Under the pieces are notes generated by a model. It was not told the DNA's origin and made no database searches. It worked only from the letters and a program-made list of their open reading frames with translations. From Thermoplasmatota archaeon (GTDB taxonomy: Archaea > Thermoplasmatota > E2 > JACPAO01 > JAHFTW01): 45,052 bases of DNA. Location: NCBI GenBank assembly GCA_041623215.1, contig JBFJXH010000002.1:1-45052 (forward strand). The letters run 5' to 3'. This document shows, in pieces, positions 37,724-44,376 of this stretch (positions within the stretch are counted from its first letter, which is position 1; each line of letters opens with the position of its first letter). The position numbers and the translations under genes were made by a program.

Positions 37724-38725
37724 ATGCACAGCGCCGCGCTCCGGCAGGTCGATGACCGCCGAACACACCTCATCACACGCGGCAATGTGGACGGCATCGT
37801 TAGTGCCGCCATGTTCTTGGCCAGGAGGCCCGACACTCGCGTTTCCTTTGTCGCAAGTGGCGACTTGGCGGTGGATGTTCTACGGAAGGACATTGGCAGC
37901 CACGACTTCTTCTTGGTGGACCTGGGGCTGACGCCACGCCTCACAAAGACGCTCAACCAGAAGGCCAAGACGCTGCAACAAATTACCTACTTGGATCATC
38001 ACCAGCAGTCCTACGATCATTGGCGTGAATTGGACCATCGTATTGGCGGTGTGGTCAAGCAAGGCATCAGTGCTGCAGGCGTTGCCTACGACTACCTCGG
38101 CCTCAATGGTCAGCATCGTCACCTAGCTGCCTTGGCTGACCTGGTAGAGTATTGCCACACGGACCGCCTGGCGGAATTGATGCGTGAGCACGGGGAACCT
38201 CGCATGACGGAGGAAGCACGCATGCTGGACTTTTCGTGGCGCTGCCAAGTGGATGACGACCGGTTCCGCTACCATGCTGCACGACAATTAGCGGGTGGAC
38301 GCTGGCCCAGTGAAGTGGACATCATCAAGCGCCGCTACTTGCAAGTGGTCAACGAAGGCCGCTGGGAGAAGGCGCTTGCTCGGGTGCGAGAACGCGTCGA
38401 ACTGCAGCACAACGTCGCCATGCTCCGTTTTGGTCGCCGCAAACCCAGCCTGTTTGGCTTTGGCTCGCGCGCGCTAACGGCGGTGGCGAAAGAATACGGT
38501 GCGGGCGTCGCGGTCCTACTCAATCGACGCAAGGAACTGTCGAGCCTGAGTCTGCGCCGGACTACCAGCCGCCCCTTGCCGGGCGCCCTCAATCTCGGCC
38601 GCTTTGTCGAAGATTTCACGCTCCAACATGGCATCGTTGGTGGTGGCCACCCGATGAGCGCCGGTGCCAAGATTCCAACCCGTTCTGTTCCTCAATTCCT
38701 GAAGGAGGTGGTCTGCCTTGCCTGA
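37724..38725 (+). CDS. DHH/DHHA1-family phosphoesterase (RecJ/NrnA-like fold) with a degenerate motif I
   Basis: Motifs: ITRGNVDGIVSAAMF (motif I region), FFLVDLG (II), YLDHHQQ (III, DHH), and GGGHPMSAGA (DHHA1 GGGH). Confidence 0.72.
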   Translation: MHSAALRQVDDRRTHLITRGNVDGIVSAAMFLARRPDTRVSFVASGDLAVDVLRKDIGSHDFFLVDLGLTPRLTKTLNQKAKTLQQITYLDHHQQSYDHWRELDHRIGGVVKQGISAAGVAYDYLGLNGQHRHLAALADLVEYCHTDRLAELMREHGEPRMTEEARMLDFSWRCQVDDDRFRYHAARQLAGGRWPSEVDIIKRRYLQVVNEGRWEKALARVRERVELQHNVAMLRFGRRKPSLFGFGSRALTAVAKEYGAGVAVLLNRRKELSSLSLRRTTSRPLPGALNLGRFVEDFTLQHGIVGGGHPMSAGAKIPTRSVPQFLKEVVCLA

Positions 38726-38836
38726 CCCCGATACCGAACTAGAAGCCATCATGCAGCAACTTGGCGCCGCAGCAGCGGCGTAGGTCCCCAGACGGACCTT
38801 GTGACCAATGCGGTCGCGGCGCAACAGGCGGAGCCG

Positions 38837-39046
38837 TCACGTTTCGGCGCGCCTTCGATTCATGGCGATGAAGATGGGAATGGCCAGGGCGGCCAGAAGC
38901 AAGTTGCCCGCCAAGGCAATGTAAACCCGGGTCCGGTTCTCTGGCGGCACCAGTTGGGCAAAGCCGAGCAGACTCACGGCGGTGGCGACGGCGAGCGCAA
39001 TGAACAGGAGTACAATGGTGCGGCGGCCAGAGGCGGTGGCGCTCAT
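38837..39046 (-). CDS. Small 2-TM membrane protein downstream of rpl11
   Basis: MSATASGRRTIVLLFIALAVATAVSLLGF...VYIALAGNLLLAALAIPIFIAM, 69 aa, same strand, 58 nt after the L11 stop. Confidence 0.4.
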   Translation of the reverse strand: MSATASGRRTIVLLFIALAVATAVSLLGFAQLVPPENRTRVYIALAGNLLLAALAIPIFIAMNRRRAET

Positions 39047-39104
39047 ACTACAAACAGGGGAAGACCGGCGAAGGAAGAAGGAAGAAGAATGCCTGACGGC
39101 TTGT

Positions 39105-39581
39105 TCAACTTTCAAAGACGTTGTCGTACTCGCCGGCGATGAGCTTCTTGCTCACTTCGCGGGGGTTGACGCCTTCGATTGTGACGCCCATGCTGGTGCA
39201 GGTGCCGACGATTTCGTTGGACTTGGTCTTCAGGCTGGCACCCTGCAAATCGTCGCCCTTCATGCGCGCGATTTTCTTCACTTGGTCCCATGACAGGTCG
39301 GCGACAAAGGTGTCGGCGGCGCTGCCGGAGCCGCTCTTGATGCCGGCTTGCTCCTTGATGAGGGCGGATGCGGGTGGCGTTCCGACCTTAATCTCGAAGT
39401 TCTTCTTGTCATCAATGATGACCTTCACCGGCACTTTCATGCCGTTGAATTCCGCGGTCTTCTCGTTGATGGCGGCGATGACCTGGCCGATGTTCACACC
39501 GGCTGGGCCAAGGGCTGGTCCGAGCGGCGGCCCGGCGCTGGCTTTGCCACCGTCAACGATGGCTTCAATGGTTTCTCCCAT
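39105..39581 (-). CDS. rpl11: 50S ribosomal protein uL11
   Basis: 158 aa. VDGGKASAGPPLGPALGPAGVNIGQVIAAINEKT...VKVIIDDKKNFEIKVGTPPASALIKE. Confidence 0.93.
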   Translation of the reverse strand: MGETIEAIVDGGKASAGPPLGPALGPAGVNIGQVIAAINEKTAEFNGMKVPVKVIIDDKKNFEIKVGTPPASALIKEQAGIKSGSGSAADTFVADLSWDQVKKIARMKGDDLQGASLKTKSNEIVGTCTSMGVTIEGVNPREVSKKLIAGEYDNVFES

Positions 39582-39604
39582 AGTTTGGTTCTCCTACCCG
39601 TCTT

Positions 39605-39620
39605 GCCGGCCGAAGCCGAC
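39605..39620 (-). promoter_or_regulatory. UUCG-capped hairpin in the rpl11 5' leader
   Basis: The minus strand reads GUCGGC-UUCG-GCCGGC (6-bp stem including one G-U) within ...ACGGGAGUCGGCUUCGGCCGGCAAGACGGGUAGGAG..., 24-39 nt upstream of the ATG. A TATA-like CATATAGAA lies about 100 nt upstream. Confidence 0.45.
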
Positions 39621-39749
39621 TCCCGTGTTAGGCGTCCAGAGGGGCGCCAGGGATGGAGGGCAAGCTCCGGTGAGAACAGGTTCTATATGAACAGAGAGGG
39701 CCGTGGCGATGTGGGGGCAGCCACGGACGCTTGGTGGGCAGGTGTTTCC

Positions 39750-40229
39750 TCAGGCGTGTTCGTGGCCGTCGTCGGCTTCTTCGTCATGCGGCATGAAGTC
39801 GATGGTCCATTGGGTGTGCCAGGTGCCGGCTGCACATCCGCTGGAAGGCCGGTAGCCGACGCTGTAGCTGCCTGGGGCCGGGTTGGCAATCTTGCGCTCT
39901 TCGTTGATGTTGAGGGCAATGGCGTTGCCGTTGGGGTCCAACAGGTCCACAATCATGGGGCACGGTCCAACGGCGTCCATGCCGGCCGTGACGTACAGGT
40001 GCGTGGCATTGCTGGGCACGCGGAAATCGTGGTTGATGTTGTAGTCGCCGCCGGTGAATTGGGTGTTGATGACGGCGGCAAACGGTGTGGAGTCGCTGCC
40101 AGTGATGGGCTCAGGGATGGTTTCGGGTTCGGCCATTTCGACTTCGTCGAGAGGTTGGTTGTCGGCGTCGTCGCCGAGGCAGCCGGCGAAGGAGATTAGC
40201 AACAGGGTTAGTACAAGGGACCAGCGCAT
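39750..40229 (-). CDS. Lipoprotein of unknown function with an acidic, His-rich C-terminus
   Basis: MRWSLVLTLLLISFAGC has the lipobox, followed by a beta-rich domain and the C-terminal HDEEADDGHEHA. Confidence 0.65.
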   Translation of the reverse strand: MRWSLVLTLLLISFAGCLGDDADNQPLDEVEMAEPETIPEPITGSDSTPFAAVINTQFTGGDYNINHDFRVPSNATHLYVTAGMDAVGPCPMIVDLLDPNGNAIALNINEERKIANPAPGSYSVGYRPSSGCAAGTWHTQWTIDFMPHDEEADDGHEHA

Positions 40230-40275
40230 GATTGGCGCCAGTGGCCGTGTGTTTTAGCTTCACCGCTGTGGGGAG

Positions 40276-40749
40276 CTAGAAGTCGGGGTGGATGTCGCCC
40301 CACGGCGCATGGGGTGGCGCTTGGTCGGCCGGGCAGGCGACTTCACTGTAGTACACGTCGTCGCCGTCTTCTCCATTGATGTCGATGATGATGTAGCATC
40401 CATCCTTCCAGCCCGGCATGTCGTCCGCTTCGTACCAGTGCACCGTGGCGCTCGCGGCGTCGTGTTCCACGTCGGCAAAGACGCCGCGCACGTCGCCGTT
40501 GAACCACCACATCTGGTAGCATCCTTCGTAGCCACCGGTGGCAGCGTCAAGGCCTGTCATGTCGTCTTCGGCTCGGACGATGTTGCTGCCGGCGTAGGAT
40601 GGGTCATCGTTGCAGTGATGATGGTCCTCGTCGCCGCTGGATTGTTGGTAGCAGGTATCTTCCGATTCATCCGTGCAGGTCTGGGTATCTGAGCTGACGG
40701 GCCAAGCGACCAAGAGCATGGCCGTTGCAAGAGCAACGATGAGGCGCAT
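40276..40749 (-). CDS. Secreted acidic Cys-rich protein of unknown function
   Basis: The signal peptide is MRLIVALATAMLLVAWPVSS. The mature part contains 7 Cys, a DEDHHHC cluster and is strongly acidic. Confidence 0.6.
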   Translation of the reverse strand: MRLIVALATAMLLVAWPVSSDTQTCTDESEDTCYQQSSGDEDHHHCNDDPSYAGSNIVRAEDDMTGLDAATGGYEGCYQMWWFNGDVRGVFADVEHDAASATVHWYEADDMPGWKDGCYIIIDINGEDGDDVYYSEVACPADQAPPHAPWGDIHPDF

Positions 40750-40785
40750 GGATTGCTCACGAAGGCGGAGGTTCTTGAGGCTTAG

Positions 40786-41697
40786 CTATGGGGTGAAGGT
40801 GTGCTTGAGAGCCGCCGTTTGGGTTGGGGTGGTGCCACAGCAGGAGCCGACGATGCCGGCGCCGGCCGCGACCCATTCCCGTGCGGCTTCCACATACTCT
40901 TCGACCGACACGTCCCGCCCCTGCTCCCAACCCATCACAGGGTCAGCGGTGCCGATGTTGGCGTAGGCTCCCCAGGGGCCATACCAGTTCTCGGCGATAA
41001 TGGGGGCGGCGCGGGTGACGGCGCCGATGGGGCAACAATTGACCAAGAGCGCGTCGGGCCGGGCGTCGCCGAGGTCGCGCATGGCTTGGATGGCCTCGGG
41101 CAGGGGGGTGCCATCCAGCAGGTCACCACTCGCATCCAGCACAAGGCTCGTCCATACCTCCAAGCCAGTCGCGGAAGCTGCACGCGTGGCGGCCACCGCT
41201 TCGCGGATGGTGTTCATGGTTTCCACCAGCAGCAAATCAACGCCCGCTTCCACCATCCACGCGGCGTGCATGGCATGTTCCTCCTGCAACGCGCCATCGC
41301 CAGGAACCAGGTCAGGCCGGTAACAATCGGCCACCGGTGCGAGGCTGCCGGCGACGCGCACCATGTGCGAGGCATCGTTTGCCGCGGCCTTGGCGGCCTG
41401 AACGGCGGCGGCGACCATGGCGGGGCCATGTTGGAGGAGCCCGGCCTGACGGAGGGTGCTCGGATTGGTGCGAAACGTGTTGGCGGTCAGCACCTGCGCG
41501 CCGGCGGCGACGTAGTCCCGGTGGATGTTCTCGAGCAAATCGGTCGCGTCGAGGTTGGCCCCGGCAGACCACAAGGGCAGGCGCGTTTCGTAACCGCGGC
41601 GATGTAGCTCCGTGCCGGTGGGCCCGTCGAGAAGAAGGGGGCGGCCGTTTGCCAAGGGCGTCAGCACGTCCACGTTTGGCCATGGTTTGGAGGCCAA
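40786..41697 (-). CDS. mmuM: Homocysteine S-methyltransferase family protein (MmuM/BHMT-type Zn enzyme)
   Basis: Motifs: LLLDGPTGTEL, a mid-protein VNCC, and the C-terminal GSCCGTTP zinc-ligand motif. The longest ORF (to 42027) has an Arg-rich nonsense N-terminus, so the TTG at 41697 or the GTG at 41673 is a plausible start. Confidence 0.85.
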   Translation of the reverse strand: MASKPWPNVDVLTPLANGRPLLLDGPTGTELHRRGYETRLPLWSAGANLDATDLLENIHRDYVAAGAQVLTANTFRTNPSTLRQAGLLQHGPAMVAAAVQAAKAAANDASHMVRVAGSLAPVADCYRPDLVPGDGALQEEHAMHAAWMVEAGVDLLLVETMNTIREAVAATRAASATGLEVWTSLVLDASGDLLDGTPLPEAIQAMRDLGDARPDALLVNCCPIGAVTRAAPIIAENWYGPWGAYANIGTADPVMGWEQGRDVSVEEYVEAAREWVAAGAGIVGSCCGTTPTQTAALKHTFTP

Positions 41698-41999
41698 GAA
41701 CCCTGCTGCGGTTGCCTTACAGGTCCGTGCCTCGGTGGCGAGGATGACGATGCCGCCGCTGCACCGGCGCCAAGGATGCGGCCGGCGAGCGGCCCCGCGA
41801 CGGGCACGCTGTATGCGGCGCGTGTTTCGACGAAATGCAGGACCAAGTCGTCTTTTCGAAGTTCGATGGTGTTGCCTGCTACTGGGCCAGCAAGGGTAAT
41901 GCCTGCGCCCTAGAAGATGACGGCGTCGTTGGGTGCGTAGACGTTGCCTGCGTGCCACAGGCTCCATGGCCCATGCTTGCGACCAACGTAGAAAGTCAC
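41661..41999 (-). pseudogene. Protein-like reading frame interrupted by one in-frame TAG (41910-41912); candidate pseudogene or recoded small gene
   Basis: The same minus frame reads (V)TFYVGRKHGPWSLWHAGNVYAPNDAVIF-TAG-GAGITLAGPVAGNTIELRKDDLVLHFVETRAAYSVPVAGPLAGRILGAG... Codon third positions are GC-biased like neighbouring genes. No family recognised. Confidence 0.25.
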
Positions 42000-42039
42000 A
42001 CGAAACGGCCACTTGCGGGCGATGCAAACGCCGACAGCC

Positions 42040-42522
42040 TCAGGGCGAGGCTTGCGCAATCGTGAGTGTCTCAACCACGGTTGAGCCTGTGCCGTGGACA
42101 CGCCATTCAAGCACGCGGGCATTGGGCAATTGCGAGCGTTCCCCTGCAAAATCCACGACTAAATCTCGGCCGAAAATCTCCTTCGAGGCCAACTGCAACG
42201 AATATTCGTCAAACACCCGGTCGATTACCCATTGCACCGAGCCATTGTCCATGACAATGTCGGCTGACAAGATGGGGACATCGCGCCAACCCTCGACGCG
42301 CAATGTGTCCGGTCGCGGCCCCACCTGCCCCGGTGCTGCCGGGTCGACGACTCCTGGCGGTTGGGTGCTGCTTGTGTCTTCGCTCGGCGCTTCGCCCGGG
42401 TCTGGCAGGTCTTCATCACTTGAATCGGAATCGCGTTCTGGGCGGGCGACCGGATCGGGTTCAGGCTCAACCAGGCACCCAATCAGCAAGAAGGGAATGA
42501 GGAAAGGGGCAAGCCGCATCAT
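42040..42522 (-). CDS. Lipoprotein of unknown function, translationally coupled to the Hcp-like gene
   Basis: MMRLAPFLIPFLLIGC has the lipobox, followed by an acidic Pro/Asp/Ser-rich linker and a folded C-terminal domain of about 90 aa. The ATG overlaps the upstream stop (ATGA at 42519-42522). Confidence 0.7.
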   Translation of the reverse strand: MMRLAPFLIPFLLIGCLVEPEPDPVARPERDSDSSDEDLPDPGEAPSEDTSSTQPPGVVDPAAPGQVGPRPDTLRVEGWRDVPILSADIVMDNGSVQWVIDRVFDEYSLQLASKEIFGRDLVVDFAGERSQLPNARVLEWRVHGTGSTVVETLTIAQASP

Positions 42523-43016
42523 TCCAACCCAGTAAAGACGATGGTCGTGTCAGCACGCTGGTCCTGGGTTGGGCGATATTCAAACGAGATTTTGTTGTAG
42601 TAAAAGGCGACTTCTTCGGTTGGCCGGTCGTCGGCATCACTCGCGGAGGAACTGGACAAATGGTAACTGCTCACAAGGGCATCCTCCATGCGAATCACAA
42701 GGTAGGCTTCGCCGTAGCGGTCGGTTGTGCCAAGCTCCACGCTACCCAGCGATTCTCCAGTGGCCATGCTCTGCATTAGTTTCGGTGATGCGTGGTCCAT
42801 TTGTCGTACCACGACGATGTCACTGACGCGGTTACGGCCATCTCGATCTTGCGTCGCCGTGAACGACCACGACGCGACATCATCGGAAATCGACGCTCCG
42901 CCATCGGTGCGGTCCACTGCCTCCCCCTTGATGTCGCCGATTTTCATGTACGCTGCGCCGCTAACTTGTGGCAGCACCAAGGCAAAGGCGACGATGCATA
43001 GCATGAGTACGCGCAT
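42519..43016 (-). CDS. hcp: Hcp-family protein (type VI secretion tube protein fold) with a predicted N-terminal signal peptide
   Basis: YMKIGDIKGEAVD, ASWSF, VVRQMDHASPKLMQSMATGE, AYLVIRMEDALVSSY and EEVAFYYNKISFEY are collinear with Hcp1-type sequences. The Met at 43016 adds MRVLMLCIVAFALVLPQVSGA. Alternative starts are 43073 (longest ORF) and 42947 (no signal peptide). Confidence 0.85.
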   Translation of the reverse strand: MRVLMLCIVAFALVLPQVSGAAYMKIGDIKGEAVDRTDGGASISDDVASWSFTATQDRDGRNRVSDIVVVRQMDHASPKLMQSMATGESLGSVELGTTDRYGEAYLVIRMEDALVSSYHLSSSSASDADDRPTEEVAFYYNKISFEYRPTQDQRADTTIVFTGLE

Positions 43017-43144
43017 GAAGGGATGGTTGGCGAGGGTTCGGGGTAAGGGTTTGCCGATGGTGGTTCGGCCCATGGTCCAAGGGCCCGGTGACTGCCGTAA
43101 GGCGCGTCAGTGGGCGGCAGGGGGTTCGAAAAATCAGCAGGTGC

Positions 43145-43162
43145 TATCGAACCAGTTCGATA
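43145..43162. promoter_or_regulatory. Perfect 8-bp inverted repeat (TATCGAAC-CA-GTTCGATA) in the divergent hcp / E1-alpha intergenic region; candidate operator
   Basis: Seen directly in the sequence. It lies about 15 nt upstream of a TATA-like CTTAAGAA (43178-43186) and 33-50 nt upstream of the E1-alpha start candidates (43195 and 43213). Confidence 0.4.
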
Positions 43163-43194
43163 ACATTGGCCATGGTCCTTAAGAAGGGGCCTCG

Positions 43195-44376
43195 GTGGCC
43201 CGGTTCGACACCATGCCCGTGACTGTAGCGTACCAGCCGCCAGCCATCGAGCACCTGAGCATCCTCGACGAGCACGGCAACGTAGACTCGAAGTTGGAGC
43301 CAGACGTTCCGGAGGAAGACCTTGTAGAACTCTACGAGACCATGGTCCTGTCGCGTGAACACGACCTGCGCCGCTTGAAGCTACAGCGCCAAGGCCGCAT
43401 CGGCACCTTCGCCCCGGCCCACGGCCAAGAAGCCGCCCAGGCCGGCACCATTTACGCCGTGCGCGACGACGACTGGTTCTGCCCCGCCTTCCGCGAATCG
43501 GTGTGCTACCTGTGGCGCGGCATGGACATCGCAGACGACCTGCTGTACTGTGCCGGCTTCGAGGAAGGCATGAACATCCCCGACGGCGCGCACACCTTGC
43601 CCATCTGCATCCCCATCGGCACCCAATACACGCACGCGCTCGGCGTCGCGTGGGCTGAAGTGCTACAAGGCAGCGACCGCGTCGCCATCACGTACGGTGG
43701 CGACGGCAGCACCAGCGAAGGCGACTTCCACGAAGCCATCAACATGGCCGCCGTGCAAAACATCCCCGTCGTCTTCGTCATCCAAAACAACCAATGGGCC
43801 ATCAGTGTCCCGCGGGAAAAACAAACCAAGAGCGAAACCATTGCCCAGAAAGCCATCGCGTACGGCATCCCCTGCATGCAAGTGGACGGCAACGACATCC
43901 TGGCCGTCATCACGGCTGCCCGAAAAGCGGTCGAACACGCCCGCAGCGGCAACGGTCCCTTCCTCATCGAAGCCGTAACGTTCCGCATGAACGTCCACAC
44001 CACGGCCGACGACCCGCGCAAATACCGCAGCCCCGACGAGGAAAAATCGTGGGAACCCAAAGATCCCCTCATCCGTTTCCGAACCTACCTTGAAGGCAAG
44101 GGCCTATGGGACGAGGACAAGGAGAAGCGCCTTCGCAAGGCCATCAAGAGCCGCCTTGACGACGCCGTCGAACGCTTCGAGGCTCGCAAAAAGGAACTCG
44201 AACACGACTATGATGCCATGTTCAACTACGCCTACATTGACGAGCCGCCGTACCTAACAAAGCAACGTCGGGAAATGGCCGAACACTTCGAATCCGTCGG
44301 CGGCGCCAAGACCGAACACGACTTGCACGACGCGCCGCACGACTTGCAACGCCACTTGTCGGGAGGTAGCAACTAA
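43195..44376 (+). CDS. pdhA: 2-oxoacid (pyruvate/branched-chain) dehydrogenase E1 component, alpha subunit
   Basis: The TPP motif is YGGDGSTSEGDFHEAINMAAV...VVFVIQNNQWAIS, with DGNDILAV. The start is either the GTG at 43195 or the ATG at 43213. Confidence 0.9.
   Translation: MARFDTMPVTVAYQPPAIEHLSILDEHGNVDSKLEPDVPEEDLVELYETMVLSREHDLRRLKLQRQGRIGTFAPAHGQEAAQAGTIYAVRDDDWFCPAFRESVCYLWRGMDIADDLLYCAGFEEGMNIPDGAHTLPICIPIGTQYTHALGVAWAEVLQGSDRVAITYGGDGSTSEGDFHEAINMAAVQNIPVVFVIQNNQWAISVPREKQTKSETIAQKAIAYGIPCMQVDGNDILAVITAARKAVEHARSGNGPFLIEAVTFRMNVHTTADDPRKYRSPDEEKSWEPKDPLIRFRTYLEGKGLWDEDKEKRLRKAIKSRLDDAVERFEARKKELEHDYDAMFNYAYIDEPPYLTKQRREMAEHFESVGGAKTEHDLHDAPHDLQRHLSGGSN

Noticed and set aside
41910-41912. 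The in-frame TAG as a pyrrolysine codon
   Set aside because: There are no pyl genes or methylamine methyltransferase context in the window, and TAG is used as an ordinary stop elsewhere (for example at 1830-1832 and 6858-6860). A pseudogene or a sequencing error is more parsimonious.
40786-42027. Longest-ORF N-terminal extensions taken at face value: the mmuM 413-aa form, the rpoK 136-aa form at 6413-6823, grx from 3043, nrdJ from 23611, lhr from 30146, the CopD-like gene from 33055, and trm5 from 36172
   Set aside because: The extensions are Arg/Pro/Trp-rich with no family similarity. They overlap neighbouring genes, and an internal ATG, GTG or TTG reproduces the normal family N-terminus.
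42519-43073. A complete type VI secretion or contractile injection locus around the hcp-like gene
   Set aside because: No sheath, baseplate, spike, ATPase or membrane-complex homologues are found on either side. Between 39.7 kb and the window end, the neighbours are lipoproteins, mmuM and the E1 dehydrogenase. It is therefore reported as an orphan, possibly exported, Hcp.
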